Below are positions 15,510-27,984 of a stretch of 32,000 nt of DNA, in pieces. Under the pieces are notes generated by a model. That model ran no database searches. It was not told the origin of the DNA and saw only the letters and a list, made by a program, of their open reading frames with translations. Source of the stretch: Candidatus Nitrospira inopinata. GTDB taxonomy: Bacteria; Nitrospirota; Nitrospiria; Nitrospirales; Nitrospiraceae. The stretch is from positions 1,830,001 to 1,862,000 of the forward strand of contig NZ_LN885086.1 in the NCBI RefSeq assembly GCF_001458695.1, given 5' to 3'. The translations under genes were made by a program, and so were the position numbers. Position 1 is the first letter of the stretch. Every line of letters begins with the position of its first letter.

Positions 15510-15686
15510 GGAGAGATTGTTGCGTGGCCTTCTTCGCCGGTCAATCTTCTTGCTGGTGTCACGGCGACGCGCGAACGAGAATGACTTCCTTGAATCAACA
15601 GGTGTCTATCGCGAAAACGAGGGAGAAAAGTATTTCATCTAAGCCGAGATGCGCCCATGGAAGGGGGGGGCTAGACGGATGAACGG

Positions 15687-16778
15687 CTAGCCTTTCGTGT
15701 AGAAAGGCAGGTCGTGGACCATGGCCTGGTGTCGCTGTCCCTCGATCTCGACGGTGAGCGTGGTGTCCGGCTTGGCGAAGTCGCGCAGGGGAAAGCCGAA
15801 GGCGATGACGCGGTTTAAGAGGGGGGAGAAGGTCGCGCTGGTGACCCAGCCGACTTCGCGATCGCCGCTCAACAGTTTGGCGCCTTTCGGCGGGATGGTC
15901 GGTTCATCTAATACAAGCCCAACGAGGCGCCGTCGTACCTGGCCGTAGGTGTCCATCCGCGCCATGACTTCCTGGCCGGGATAGCAGCCCTTGTTGAGGC
16001 TATAGGCTTTGCTTTCCAGGTTAGCCTCCGGCGGGACGATCTCTTCCGTCAAATCCGCTCCGGCTTTCGGCAGTCCTGCTTCAATCCGCAAGGTCTCAAG
16101 TGCCTGCCGGCCGACCGGCTTGATCCCGTGGGATTGGCCTGCTTCCCACAGCCGATTCCACGCCACCGGCAAGGCCTCGGCCGGCAGCATCACTTCAAGA
16201 TCGAGGTCGCCCGTTTCCTCCGTCCGCATCACGAGGGCGATCTGGTCTCCGATCCGTGCGGTGACGAAGGTCACCGGCTTGAGATCCGACACATCGACGC
16301 CGAAGGCCGACTGAACGACCGTCGGGGCCTGGGGACCGCTCACGAGCAGCAGGCCCCAGCTCTCGGCGCCGTTGTCCATCTTGGCCTTGGTGCCGTAGAG
16401 GAGAAATTTGCGCAGGGTCTGATAGGTCGTCTCGCCGATTTCTCCGACGTCTTCGATCATCACCGCGTCGGGCTGTCTGTACAGACGGAAATAGGTCAGC
16501 ATTTTGCCTTTGTGATTCAACAGGCTGGCATAGCAACCCTGCCCCGGTTGAAGGGACAGGACGTCGTTGCTGACGATACTTTGGAGCCACTTGATGCGGT
16601 CTTCGCCGGTCACGCGGACCTTCCCTCGATGCGAGAGGTCGGCCAAGCCGACGGACCGGCGCACGGCGCGGTATTCGGCCGCCGCGTCTCCATAGTGGGC
16701 CGGGACTTCCCAGCCGGTCACCTCTTCAAACGACGCGCCGAGCTGGACGTGATGGGCGTATATGGATGAGCGTTTCAT
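15687..16778 (-). CDS. Aminomethyltransferase-family folate-binding protein (GcvT/YgfZ-like)
   Basis: 363 aa. Family-typical motifs are present: AEYRAVRRSVGLADLSHRGKVRVTGEDRIKWLQ, RIEAGLP and KGCYPGQE. Confidence 0.85.
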   Translation of the reverse strand: MKRSSIYAHHVQLGASFEEVTGWEVPAHYGDAAAEYRAVRRSVGLADLSHRGKVRVTGEDRIKWLQSIVSNDVLSLQPGQGCYASLLNHKGKMLTYFRLYRQPDAVMIEDVGEIGETTYQTLRKFLLYGTKAKMDNGAESWGLLLVSGPQAPTVVQSAFGVDVSDLKPVTFVTARIGDQIALVMRTEETGDLDLEVMLPAEALPVAWNRLWEAGQSHGIKPVGRQALETLRIEAGLPKAGADLTEEIVPPEANLESKAYSLNKGCYPGQEVMARMDTYGQVRRRLVGLVLDEPTIPPKGAKLLSGDREVGWVTSATFSPLLNRVIAFGFPLRDFAKPDTTLTVEIEGQRHQAMVHDLPFYTKG

Positions 16779-16842
16779 CGTGCAAGAGCCTGTGTTGAGC
16801 GGTTCGGGTTCAAAATGGGCGCGTCATGCGATTCGGTGATCC

Positions 16843-17262
16843 TCATTGCGCGCCGGACAGGATCGCTTCCACCAGATCCCTCGTGCGCGCCGACATCTCG
16901 TTGCGGGTGACGATCCGATCGACACCGAGCGATCGGGCTCTGTTCCACGTCTCGACGTCCTCGTGGCTGGCGTAGGCCAGCACGGGGATCGTGGTGAAAC
17001 GACGGTCTTCCTTGAGCATCTTCAGGGCCTGAAAGGCATCGATGGCCAGATCGTTCATGTCGAGGAGCACCGCGACGGGGTGTATGGCCGACGCTTTTTT
17101 CTCGATGTCATCCTGTGACCGGGCCTTTTCCAATCGATAGCCGTGCGGCAACAGGGCTTCACGGATTTTGGCGTAAAAGAACAGATCATTGACACCGACC
17201 AGCAGGGTCTTGCGGGAATCGGCGGCATCGCGCTCTGTGGTCGGATTCGTCGTGATGGTCAT
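16843..17262 (-). CDS. Single-domain response-regulator receiver-like protein (atypical)
   Basis: CheY-like layout: LLVGVND...VLLDMND...IPVLAYAS...GVDRIVTRN. The acidic pair is ND rather than DD. The conserved Lys position appears to be Arg. Confidence 0.7.
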   Translation of the reverse strand: MTITTNPTTERDAADSRKTLLVGVNDLFFYAKIREALLPHGYRLEKARSQDDIEKKASAIHPVAVLLDMNDLAIDAFQALKMLKEDRRFTTIPVLAYASHEDVETWNRARSLGVDRIVTRNEMSARTRDLVEAILSGAQ

Positions 17263-17361
17263 GTGGGGTTCTCTTTTCTCTCTTATGGTCTTGCTACACT
17301 CGGGTAGCCGCTCTCGTTTTTTCGACGCGGGCGCTGAAAACTGGGAACGGCAACTGCCGCA

Positions 17362-17877
17362 TCAGTTCAGCATGCTGATCAATCGTCCCAACGCCTTTCT
17401 GGCCAAGGCGTAGTTCGGGTTGAGGGCCAGGGCTTGTTTATAGGCGTTGATCGCTTCCGTCCATTGGCCTTTTTTCTCGTACACGCGACCGAGATTCAGA
17501 TAAGGGAACGCGGGGCTTTCATATCGCTTGGCCCGCATGGCTTTTTGGAACCAGACGATCGCGTCGTCCAACTCGCCCTTCTCGATCAGATAGACGCCGA
17601 TGTCGTTGTACGGGTTGCCCAGGTCCGGATCGCGCGCGATGGCCTTGTGGCATTCTTCGATGGCGTCGTCCAACCGCCCCATAAAACTGTACGTCCATCC
17701 CAAAAAGGTATAGGCCTCGGCGGTCGGGTGCGCGGCCAGCGATTGTTTGTAGAGGTTGACGGCTTCTTCAAGCTCCCCTTTCATCTGTCGCTCAAACGCC
17801 CGTTGAAAAAGATTCCATGCTTCCCGCTTGTCTTCTTCGCGGCCTTCACCCTGTACGAGAAAGTCTTGGACGTCCAT
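17362..17877 (-). CDS. Tetratricopeptide-repeat protein
   Basis: 171 aa with repeated W..LG..Y...G....A...Y..AL...P TPR consensus units. Confidence 0.85.
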   Translation of the reverse strand: MDVQDFLVQGEGREEDKREAWNLFQRAFERQMKGELEEAVNLYKQSLAAHPTAEAYTFLGWTYSFMGRLDDAIEECHKAIARDPDLGNPYNDIGVYLIEKGELDDAIVWFQKAMRAKRYESPAFPYLNLGRVYEKKGQWTEAINAYKQALALNPNYALARKALGRLISMLN

Positions 17878-17970
17878 GGTCGTTAATCGCCGATCGTCAT
17901 TCGTCGTTTATACGCCGGTCTACGTCGGGCGGGGGCTTTCTGGACGGCGTTCGACGGATGACGGACGACG

Positions 17971-18771
17971 CTATTCCTGTTTCAGCTTTTTCTTGATTAA
18001 CTGCGCTCCGTATCGGCCGGACAGCAACATCGAGCCGAAGGCCGGACCCATGCGCGGGGTGCCGTACACGGCCGCGACGGCCAGGCCGACGACGAAACAA
18101 TTGGGATAGACCTCCCCCGTCCGGTCCACCACCTCTTCCTCCGATCGAGAAACCCACATGGCTCCGTTGCCCGGCACCGGCTTGTACAGGTTTCGCTTGT
18201 GCAAGAGCTCGACGACGACGGCGTCGTGCCCCGTGGCGTCCACGACGATCTTGCTTTCCAAGGCGATCGGGTCCACGTGGATGACGTCATGACCGGCCAT
18301 CTCCGCCGTGGTGTTGTTCACCACGATGCCTTCTAATAATCCGTCTTGGCGTAAGATCAAGTCCACGACGCGGGTCAAGTTCAAGATCTTGGCGCCGGCC
18401 CGGTAGGCGGCTGCGACGAGGGCGCCCGTGGCGTGGGGCGGATCGACCATGTACATGCCGTCGCAATCGGCGATTCTTTTACAAGGGACGCCGAGTTCTT
18501 CGAGAATCTCGTTGGCCGGCTCGCAGATCGTCGCTTTGTTCATCAAATAGCCGCCGTGCCAGAATCCTCCTCCCAGGGCGAGGCTTTGCTCGACGATCAA
18601 CGTGCGGAAGCCCATCGCGGCCAGGTCGTGCGCGCACAGCAGGCCGGAGGGGCCCGCTCCGACGATGATCACGTCGCTTTCGATGAGCTGGTCGAACTCT
18701 TTGTAGTATTCCCGCGCGATGTGCCGGGTGACGTCCCTCTCTCGCAACGGGGCAGGCTTGGGTTTGTGCAT
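17971..18771 (-). CDS. thi4: Thiazole synthase, Thi4 family (ADP-thiazole synthase)
   Basis: Contains the dinucleotide-binding motif VIIVGAGPSGL, plus GGGFWHGGYLMNK, DATGHDA and GPAFGSMLLSG. It lies directly downstream of thiC on the same strand. Confidence 0.9.
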   Translation of the reverse strand: MHKPKPAPLRERDVTRHIAREYYKEFDQLIESDVIIVGAGPSGLLCAHDLAAMGFRTLIVEQSLALGGGFWHGGYLMNKATICEPANEILEELGVPCKRIADCDGMYMVDPPHATGALVAAAYRAGAKILNLTRVVDLILRQDGLLEGIVVNNTTAEMAGHDVIHVDPIALESKIVVDATGHDAVVVELLHKRNLYKPVPGNGAMWVSRSEEEVVDRTGEVYPNCFVVGLAVAAVYGTPRMGPAFGSMLLSGRYGAQLIKKKLKQE

Positions 18772-18849
18772 ACGTGGCTCCCTGTGGCCGGCAACGTCCG
18801 ATCACTCGGTTTGCGCCGGTATTGTGAACCGGCCTGCCGAAATCGGTTG

Positions 18850-20823
<1,974 letters not shown>

Positions 20824-20924
20824 TCAAAAAACCGATCCGTTCGCCGGTCGCCGTGCTTCCAAATAAAAAAGCCGCACCCCCCGGCCTGGAGGTACGGCTG
20901 AATCCCCACAACGTCCGCTGTCTG

Positions 20925-21012
20925 TCCGGCTTCCCTACGCTGGTATTACCCAGGTCAGGTTGTGAGGGTCGTCCGATCGAGCGGACTCTCAGCCGTGAGG
21001 CTCCCCTAGCTA
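20925..21012 (-). promoter_or_regulatory. TPP (THI-box) riboswitch in the thiC leader
   Basis: The minus strand reads AGGGGAGCCTCACGGCTGAGAGTCCGCTCGATCGGACGACCCTCACAACCTGACCTGGGTAATACCAGCGTAGGGAAG. It contains the conserved CUGAGA, ACCUGA and CCAGCGUAGGGAA elements. Confidence 0.9.
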
Positions 21013-21158
21013 TCGAAGCCGCATCATAGGTCCCGTCGAAGGGCGAAGTCAATCGGCCATTAGCCCTATGGCTTTATGGCACACCATCACGTCACGGAGG
21101 CGTCTTCCGGCTCATGTGAGGAGCAAGGTCTCTTTCGCCGACGCTCTTCGTTGAATGT

Positions 21159-22310
21159 ATGAGGCCGCTGTCTGTAGAATCACGTTCTACCTTACTGGAG
21201 GATGCGGTGAAAACAGACGTCACGGTGCCGAAGCCGATCACCGAGTATCAATCATTGACGGCGGACGAATTGTTCGATCGGACCGTTGCGGCCAGGCAAG
21301 CGCTCGGCGAACGGGTCATGATCTTGGGGCACAACTACCAGCGGGATGAAGTGATCCGGCACGCCGATTTTCGGGGAGATTCGCTGCTGTTGTCGAAACT
21401 GGCCGCCGAACGATCGGACCGACCCTACGTCGTGTTTTGCGGCGTCCATTTCATGGCCGAGACGGCGGACATCCTGAGCCGATCCAATCAGACGGTCATT
21501 CTGCCCGACATGGCCGCCGGCTGTTCGATGGCGGACATGGCGGCGATCGAGCAGGTCGATCAGTGTTGGGAAGCGCTCGGCCGCCTGATGCCGGTCGAGG
21601 AGACCGTGACGCCGGCGGTGTACGTCAATTCCGCGGCCGTTCTCAAGGCGTTTTGCGGAGAGCATGGCGGCATCACCTGCACGTCGTCCAACGCCAGGGC
21701 CGTCCTCGAGTGGTCGTGGGCGCGGCGCGAGAAGGTGCTGTTCTTCCCCGACGAACATCTCGGTCGCAACACGGCGAACACAATGGGCATCCCGCGCGAC
21801 GAGATGATCGTGTGGGACCCCTATCAGCCGAACGGCGGCAACACCAAAGAGTCCATTCGGCGCGCCAGGCTGATTCTGTGGAAGGGGCATTGCAGCGTGC
21901 ATCAGATGTTTCAGCCCGCGCACGTCGAGTATTTTCGAAAACAATATCCCGACGGCCGCGTCATCGTGCACCCCGAGTGCCATGAAGACGTCGTCAACAA
22001 GGCCGACCTCGTGGGATCGACCGAGTTCATCATCCGAACCGTGTCGGCCGCGCCGGCGGGCACGATCTGGGCGGTCGGCACCGAGCTGAATCTGGTCAAT
22101 CGTCTCAAACGCGAGCGGCCGGACAAGAAAATTTTCTTTCTCTCCTCGACCATCTGCCAATGCGCCACCATGTTCCGCATCGACGCCGCGCACCTCTGTT
22201 GGGCGATGGAAAATCTGGCGGAAGGACAGGTCGTCAACCACATTGTCGTTCCGGAAGACGACAAACGGTGGGCGAGGGTCGCGCTGGATCGGATGATGGC
22301 GATCAGCTAG
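21159..22310 (+). CDS. nadA: Quinolinate synthase NadA
   Basis: NadA blocks are conserved: ILGHNYQ, GVHFMAETA, CSMA, VYVNS, HPEC and CxxM near the C-terminus. GTG 21207 (GGAGGA upstream) is a possible true start. Confidence 0.93.
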   Translation: MRPLSVESRSTLLEDAVKTDVTVPKPITEYQSLTADELFDRTVAARQALGERVMILGHNYQRDEVIRHADFRGDSLLLSKLAAERSDRPYVVFCGVHFMAETADILSRSNQTVILPDMAAGCSMADMAAIEQVDQCWEALGRLMPVEETVTPAVYVNSAAVLKAFCGEHGGITCTSSNARAVLEWSWARREKVLFFPDEHLGRNTANTMGIPRDEMIVWDPYQPNGGNTKESIRRARLILWKGHCSVHQMFQPAHVEYFRKQYPDGRVIVHPECHEDVVNKADLVGSTEFIIRTVSAAPAGTIWAVGTELNLVNRLKRERPDKKIFFLSSTICQCATMFRIDAAHLCWAMENLAEGQVVNHIVVPEDDKRWARVALDRMMAIS

Positions 22311-22422
22311 CTCTCGTACGCCGTTTTGAGTTATAACGTCCTCGTATCAAACGGGACCAAGACAACTTCTAACCGAGAACCGACAACCGGCGACGCGCAG
22401 TTCCTCGTCACCCCTTCATTTC

Positions 22423-25242
22423 ATGGACTACAAAGCCACGCTCAATCTGCCAAGAACCGACTTCCCGATGAAGGCCAACCTGCCGCAGCGGGAGCCCGAA
22501 CTGTTGGCCTGGTGGGACGAGCGGAAGCTCTATCAACGCATCCAAGAGGCGGGCAAGGGGAGGCCGCAATATGTGTTGCACGACGGTCCTCCGTACGCCA
22601 ACGGGCATATTCACATCGGTCATGCGCTCAACAAGATCCTGAAAGACATCATCGTCAAATCCAAGACGATGGCCGGTTTCCACGCGCCCTACGTGCCCGG
22701 ATGGGATTGTCACGGCCTGCCGATCGAACATCAGGTGTTGAAAGGACTCGGCGAAAAGAAGCATGAGCTGGATGTGCCGGCGATTCGCGCCCTGTGCCGG
22801 GACTACGCGGAGAAGTATGTGGCGATCCAGCGAGAGGAATTCAAACGCCTCGGCGTGTTGGGCGAATGGGAGCATCCCTATCTGACGATGACGCCGGCCT
22901 ACGAAGCGGCCATCATCCGCGAGTTCGGGAAGTTCGTCGAGCGGGGCGGCGTCTACAAGGGCCTCAAACCGGTGTTGTGGTGCACGCAGGATCGAACGGC
23001 CTTGGCCGAGGCCGAGGTCGAATACGACGACCACACGTCTCCGTCCGTGTACGTCAAATTTCCGATCGTGGTCGCGCCGCCGGTGTTGAGTCGCCTGTTC
23101 GGCGATCTCGCGTTCCCCGGCGAGGTGCGCTCGGTCTCCATTGTTATTTGGACGACGACCCCCTGGACCTTGCCGGCCAATCAAGCCGTCTGTCTCCACC
23201 CGGACATCGACTACGCCTTCGTGCAGGTCGGGGACGAGGTGCTGATCGTGGCGGAGAAGCTCTTGGAGTCCGTGGCGAAGGCCTGTCGTCTCGGAGCCCA
23301 TCATGTGATCGGGACGAGAAAGGGTGCGGCCGGCTTCGAGGGAGTGGAAACGCAGCGACCTCTTTCCACGGGCCTGTCGCCGATTCTGTTGGGCGGGTTC
23401 GTGACGCTGGATCAGGGCACCGGCTGCGTCCACATCGCTCCGGGACACGGGATGGAAGACTATCTGCTCGTCCTCGATCACAACGCCAAGGCGTCGCCGG
23501 GCGAGCGGCTGGAAATCCTGGCTCCGGTGGACGACGGGGGGCGATTTACGAAGAGCGTCAAGGAATTTGCCGGCCGACACGTCTTCGAGGCCAATCCCGC
23601 AATCGTCGAGCGATTGCAGTCGAGCGGACGGTTGCTGGGCCAAGGAATGCTCAGCCACTCCTATCCCCACTGCTGGCGGTGCAAAAGTCCCGTCATTTTC
23701 CGCGCGACGGAACAGTGGTTCGTCTCGATGGAAACGAACGACCTTCGCCGGGAAGCGTTGGCCGAGATCGAGCGGGTGAAGTGGATTCCAGCGTACGGCC
23801 GGGATCGCATCGCCGGCATGATTGAAAACAGGCCGGACTGGTGTCTTTCGCGCCAGCGGGTGTGGGGGGTGCCGATTTCCGGCTTCACCTGCGCCTCATG
23901 CCGGACTCTGTTGGCGGATCCCACCGTGATCGAGCACGTCGCCGCTCTGGTCGAAGCCCATGGGGCCGGCGTCTGGTTCGAGCGGCTGGCGTCGGATCTG
24001 TTGCCGGACGGAACGGTCTGCGCCCGCTGCGGCGGGACGTCGTTTGAAAAGGAGCGGGACATTCTCGACGTGTGGTTTGAATCGGGTGTGAGCTACGCCG
24101 CGGTGCTGAAACCCAGACGCTGGTGGCCCGCCGACCTGTATTTGGAAGGGTCCGATCAACACCGGGGATGGTTCCACAGCGCCCTGCTGGCCGGGGTCAC
24201 GACGGACCGACGCGCTCCCTACAAGGCGGTGCTGACGCACGGATTCGTGGTCGATGGGCAGGGTAAGAAAATGTCCAAGTCCGCCGGCAACGTGGTGGCT
24301 CCGCAGGACGTCATCAAACAATACGGGGCGGAAATTCTCCGCCTCTGGGTGGCGGCGCAGGACTATCGAGAAGACCTCCGCATTTCGCAGGAAATCTTAA
24401 ATCACCTGATCGAGGCCTATCGAAAGATCCGCAATACCTGCCGGTTTCTGTTGAGCAACCTGTACGACTTCGATCCGGAACGGTATCGGGTGCCCTATGA
24501 AGAGTTGCCGGAACTGGACCGCTGGGCGCTGCTGCGATTGGGAGAATTGATCCCCAAAGTAACGAAAGCCTACGAGGATTTCGAGTTCCATGCGATCTTT
24601 CACGCGCTCAACAATTTCTGTTCGGTGGACATGAGCGCCGTCTATTTGGACATCCTGAAAGATCGGCTGTACACCTTTCGAAGGGATTCCCATGCCAGGC
24701 GGAGTTCTCAGACCGTGTTGTTCGACGTGCTGACGGCGCTGACGAAATTGATGGCGCCGATTCTCAGCTTTACGGCCGAGGAGATTTGGCGGATGTTGCC
24801 GGACGCCGCGCGCACGGGGCCGGACGGATTCAGCGTCCATCTGGCTTCGTTTCCGGACGTCGATCCCAAGTGGGGTGATCCGGCGTTGGGCGACCGATGG
24901 GAGCGGCTGTTGGAAGTGCGGGAAGCCGCGCTGACGGCTTTGGAGGAACGGCGCCGGGAAAAACTCATCGGCTCGTCGCTCGAAGCCGGCCTGGAGATCG
25001 AGGCGAATGCCGAGCGGTTTGGTTTGCTCAAACGGTACGAGCAGATTCTGCCGAGCCTTTTCATCGTCTCGCAGGTTGAACTCAAGGAGGCCGGCGGGTT
25101 TCCGCGGAAGCCGGACTTTCTGGTGCGCGTGTTCAAGGCCAAGGGCGACAAATGCGAACGGTGCTGGAACTACCGGGAGGCCGTGGGTCGGGACGCCGCG
25201 CATCCGACCCTGTGCGATCGATGCCTGGAGGCCATTCATTGA
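22423..25242 (+). CDS. ileS: Isoleucine--tRNA ligase
   Basis: 939 aa. It carries the HIGH-type motif [19 protein letters not shown], a C-terminal Zn-binding CxxC...CxRC, and the class I editing-domain layout. Confidence 0.97.
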   Translation: MDYKATLNLPRTDFPMKANLPQREPELLAWWDERKLYQRIQEAGKGRPQYVLHDGPPYANGHIHIGHALNKILKDIIVKSKTMAGFHAPYVPGWDCHGLPIEHQVLKGLGEKKHELDVPAIRALCRDYAEKYVAIQREEFKRLGVLGEWEHPYLTMTPAYEAAIIREFGKFVERGGVYKGLKPVLWCTQDRTALAEAEVEYDDHTSPSVYVKFPIVVAPPVLSRLFGDLAFPGEVRSVSIVIWTTTPWTLPANQAVCLHPDIDYAFVQVGDEVLIVAEKLLESVAKACRLGAHHVIGTRKGAAGFEGVETQRPLSTGLSPILLGGFVTLDQGTGCVHIAPGHGMEDYLLVLDHNAKASPGERLEILAPVDDGGRFTKSVKEFAGRHVFEANPAIVERLQSSGRLLGQGMLSHSYPHCWRCKSPVIFRATEQWFVSMETNDLRREALAEIERVKWIPAYGRDRIAGMIENRPDWCLSRQRVWGVPISGFTCASCRTLLADPTVIEHVAALVEAHGAGVWFERLASDLLPDGTVCARCGGTSFEKERDILDVWFESGVSYAAVLKPRRWWPADLYLEGSDQHRGWFHSALLAGVTTDRRAPYKAVLTHGFVVDGQGKKMSKSAGNVVAPQDVIKQYGAEILRLWVAAQDYREDLRISQEILNHLIEAYRKIRNTCRFLLSNLYDFDPERYRVPYEELPELDRWALLRLGELIPKVTKAYEDFEFHAIFHALNNFCSVDMSAVYLDILKDRLYTFRRDSHARRSSQTVLFDVLTALTKLMAPILSFTAEEIWRMLPDAARTGPDGFSVHLASFPDVDPKWGDPALGDRWERLLEVREAALTALEERRREKLIGSSLEAGLEIEANAERFGLLKRYEQILPSLFIVSQVELKEAGGFPRKPDFLVRVFKAKGDKCERCWNYREAVGRDAAHPTLCDRCLEAIH

Positions 25243-25760
25243 ACGGCTCTCCCTTGCCCCACTTCCTGTTGGCTTCCCTGACCGGCGTCGTCATCGCGGT
25301 CGATCAGATCACCAAGCTGCGCGTCATGCAGACGATGCGGCTGCACGAGTCCATCCCCGTTATTCCCAATTTCTTCAGTTTGACGTACATCCGAAACCCC
25401 GGCGCGGCGTTCGGTCTCCTGGCGGGCAGCAGCCAGACCTTTCGCATGATCTTTTTCGGCGCGACCTCGCTGTTTGCGCTCGGACTGTTGAGCGCGATTC
25501 TCCTGCGCATGCCGGAACGCGATCGGATGGGGCGCTTCAGTGTCGCCGGCATTTTAGGGGGAGCGATCGGCAATCTGATCGATCGGATCAAATACGGAGA
25601 AGTGATCGACTTTCTGGATTTTTATATCAACGACTACCATTGGCCGGCCTTCAATGTGGCGGACTCGGCCATTACCGTCGGGGTGATCTTCCTGATCATC
25701 CATTTTTCCCTCGAAAAAAAAGAAGCCCCTTCTTCTTCAGAAGGGGCTTCCGTCCCGTGA
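25239..25760 (+). CDS. lspA: Lipoprotein signal peptidase (signal peptidase II)
   Basis: Contains [24 protein letters not shown] and FNVADS motifs. TTG 25239 overlaps the ileS stop (TTGA). The upstream part of the track ORF (from 25152) lies inside ileS. Confidence 0.9.
   Translation: MNGSPLPHFLLASLTGVVIAVDQITKLRVMQTMRLHESIPVIPNFFSLTYIRNPGAAFGLLAGSSQTFRMIFFGATSLFALGLLSAILLRMPERDRMGRFSVAGILGGAIGNLIDRIKYGEVIDFLDFYINDYHWPAFNVADSAITVGVIFLIIHFSLEKKEAPSSSEGASVP
25714..25750 (-). terminator. Intrinsic terminator for the minus-strand uppP-DUF2024 transcript
   Basis: 12-bp perfect stem GAAGCCCCTTCT / AGAAGGGGCTTC (25722-25733 / 25739-25750) with a 5-nt loop. On the minus strand it is followed by T8 (A8 at 25714-25721). 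It lies about 90 nt downstream of the DUF2024 stop. Confidence 0.7.
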
Positions 25761-25839
25761 AGGGGCGAACCCTCTGTCCCGATGTCGTTCGTGTTGAGCG
25801 AAGATCGGGTAACAGCGATCGATCGCGTGGATGGGCCGG

Positions 25840-26100
25840 TTAAGCCGGCAGGGGGACGATGAATCCTCCCTTTTCCCTGAATTGCTTCTGCTGCTCCGCC
25901 GAGAACATGAACACCGGCTCACTGTGGCAGAACTGGCACTCCTTGGAAGTCACCGACGCATCCGGCTCTCCGATGCCGGCCAAATACTCCTTGGCCAGCT
26001 TCAAGGCGGTGGCCTCGTCCGTCGTCATCACGTCGAAATGAATCCGGCCTTTCTTCCCCATCACCCAGGTGTCATACACGTGCACGGTATCCGCTGCCAT
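25840..26100 (-). CDS. DUF2024-family small protein
   Basis: 86 aa from ATG 26100 (AAGGAG 8 nt upstream). VHVYDTWV...GRIHFDV...CQFCHSE matches the DUF2024 pattern as I recall it. The longer track ORF (to 26301) overlaps uppP. Confidence 0.75.
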   Translation of the reverse strand: MAADTVHVYDTWVMGKKGRIHFDVMTTDEATALKLAKEYLAGIGEPDASVTSKECQFCHSEPVFMFSAEQQKQFREKGGFIVPLPA

Positions 26101-26114
26101 GGCAAGAACTCCTT

Positions 26115-26990
26115 TCAGTGAACAATCGCCAGCACGGCGACGCCGAGGATAATACGGTAATACGCGAACACGCGCAAGGTGTGCCGCTGGACGTAGGATA
26201 AGAACGCCGCGATGACGGCCCAGGCGACCAGGAATGAGACGAGCATGCCGATGCCGAGCGCCATGAAATCTTGATCCGTAAACGCGGCCCTGGCTTTCCA
26301 CGTTTCGTACAGCGTGGCGGCGATGATCGTCGGCAGGGCGAGGAAGAAGGAGTATTCCGTGGCCACTTTTCGGTCAAGGCCAGCCAGCAGGCCGCCGATG
26401 ATCGTGGAGCCGGACCGGGACATGCCGGGGATCAGGGAGGCGCACTGCGCCAAACCGATCCATGCGGCGTGAGAAAGAGAGACGTGCTCAAGCGTCGTCG
26501 TTCGGTTGGTTCGTTTCATGCTCTCCACAAGAAGGATGATCATTCCGCCGAGGATGGAGGTGGCGCCGACCGTCCGAGGCGTAAAAAGATGAGCGGTGAT
26601 CCAGCCGTGCGCCGACAGGCCGACCAAAGCGGCGGGCAAAAAGGCGACGCCCAGGCCGATCACGAACCACAGGTGGCGGTGCGTTTGAACAGAGGTTTTC
26701 AGGCAGGCCGACCAAGTGGACGATCCGCCCTTTTTCGCCAGAGCGCGAAGCTCCGCCTGCTCTTGCCAGGCGCCCGACAGAAGCCTGCCGATTTTTTCCC
26801 TCTCAAAGACGAGCACGGCCAGGATGGCGCCGAGTTGGATGGCGATTTCCGCGTTGGCGGCCGTCTCGCCGGTAAAACCCAGGGCGTGGCCGGCCAAGAT
26901 CAGGTGGCCGGTCGAGGAGACGGGCAGGAATTCAGTCAAGCCCTCGATGATGCCCAGGATGACGGCGAGCGCGGGACCCCATTCATTCAT
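26115..26990 (-). CDS. uppP: Undecaprenyl-diphosphate phosphatase
   Basis: 291 aa from ATG 26990. Contains EGLTEFLPVSSTGHL and PGMSRSGSTI motifs and about 8 TM segments. The rest of the 463-aa track ORF is a non-homologous upstream extension. Confidence 0.92.
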   Translation of the reverse strand: MNEWGPALAVILGIIEGLTEFLPVSSTGHLILAGHALGFTGETAANAEIAIQLGAILAVLVFEREKIGRLLSGAWQEQAELRALAKKGGSSTWSACLKTSVQTHRHLWFVIGLGVAFLPAALVGLSAHGWITAHLFTPRTVGATSILGGMIILLVESMKRTNRTTTLEHVSLSHAAWIGLAQCASLIPGMSRSGSTIIGGLLAGLDRKVATEYSFFLALPTIIAATLYETWKARAAFTDQDFMALGIGMLVSFLVAWAVIAAFLSYVQRHTLRVFAYYRIILGVAVLAIVH

Positions 26991-27246
26991 AAGAGAAACC
27001 TTTGCGGTTGGAGAGGGTTTGGTTGTGCGAGCGATCGCTGCGGATCGATCATCACAGAGAGGCGGCCGTTCGTCAAGCGGAGGTCGGAAGAGTTGGGTCG
27101 GTCGGGCAAGACCGGCCAACCGCAAATCTATTGACAAAGCAGGGATGTTGGCATAATGCTGAAACTGCGCGTGTCTTCGCGCCGAGCGACGACGAGTCAG
27201 AACGGAGCAGGCTGTTGACTCTGAGGTTGAGCAAGGGGAGGTTGTC

Positions 27247-27912
27247 ATGAAGCGGAAGTGGATGGCGGCCATAGCGGCCGGCGTGCTGCTGACGACGGGC
27301 TGTGTCTCCAACTCCAAATACCAAGAGGCGGTGACGGAAGCCGAACACGTCAGGGAGGAATTGGCCAAGGCGCGGGAGCAGAGAACCGCTCTGGAGCAGC
27401 AGGTGCGGGCCTTGAAAGAATTGAACGCCAAGTACAGCAGCGAGGCCAATGCGGCCCGCGACGAGTTGCAGCGGCTTGAACACAGTCGGGACAAGGAGCG
27501 GGGCAAGATCGAAGGAAAGACCGGCGAGCTGGAAGAAAAAGTCCGGGCCCTCTCGACTCAAAACCGCAACCTGCGCCAGGAATTGCAGGACGTGAAACGC
27601 CACAATGAAACGTTGAAGTCGATGGTGGCTCGGTACCAGAAAGAGCTGAAAGACCGGGCTCAGATGCCGATGCTTGCGCCGGCTCAGTCGGGTGCGTCGG
27701 CGCCGTCCGAGGCCGCTCCCGCCGTCGGCATGGTGAACGTCAACAAGGTGTCGGCAAGCGACCTGGTCCTGTTGTTGGGAGTGAACCAGGAAGAGGCGGA
27801 TCGGATCGTCAACAATCGCCCCTACCGGGTCAAAGGCGAGTTGGTGGCCAAAAACGTGCTGACGAAGGACGCGTTCGACAAGATCAAGGAGCGGATCACC
27901 GTGAGTCAGTAG
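27247..27912 (+). CDS. Lipoprotein with a coiled-coil region and a C-terminal helix-hairpin-helix (ComEA-like) motif
   Basis: Lipobox LLTTGC. A long heptad-rich central region is followed by C-terminal VNVNKVSASDLVLLLGVNQEEADRIVNNRPY, which resembles the ComEA HhH module. Confidence 0.7.
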   Translation: MKRKWMAAIAAGVLLTTGCVSNSKYQEAVTEAEHVREELAKAREQRTALEQQVRALKELNAKYSSEANAARDELQRLEHSRDKERGKIEGKTGELEEKVRALSTQNRNLRQELQDVKRHNETLKSMVARYQKELKDRAQMPMLAPAQSGASAPSEAAPAVGMVNVNKVSASDLVLLLGVNQEEADRIVNNRPYRVKGELVAKNVLTKDAFDKIKERITVSQ

Positions 27913-27947
27913 GCGAAGCCGCCCGGCCGTTTCCTTGTGAGTCAGTT

Positions 27948-27984
27948 CGAGAGGGCCGTTCCCGTTAAGGGAACGGCCCTCTCG
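27948..27984 (+). terminator. Stem-loop, probable terminator after the lipoprotein gene
   Basis: CGAGAGGGCCGTTCCC-GTTAA-GGGAACGGCCCTCTCG is a perfect 16-bp stem. The trailing U-tract is weak (GCGTTT). Confidence 0.5.

Noticed and set aside
15663-15670. G8 homopolymer just downstream of the gcvT-like gene
   Set aside because: It is an isolated run in a non-coding spacer with no associated ORF or structure, so nothing supports a function.
21252-22241. 329-aa minus-strand ORF
   Set aside because: It is a shadow frame opposite nadA.
22408-23670. 420-aa ORF on the minus strand (also 23896-24321 and 24397-25239)
   Set aside because: These are antisense shadow ORFs inside ileS. They show no motifs and have biased composition.
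26991-27506. 172-codon N-terminal extension of the uppP ORF (the track ORF is 463 aa)
   Set aside because: UppP homology starts at MNEWGP... (ATG 26990). The extension is Ser/Arg/Cys/Ala-rich and runs antisense to the start of the lipoprotein gene.
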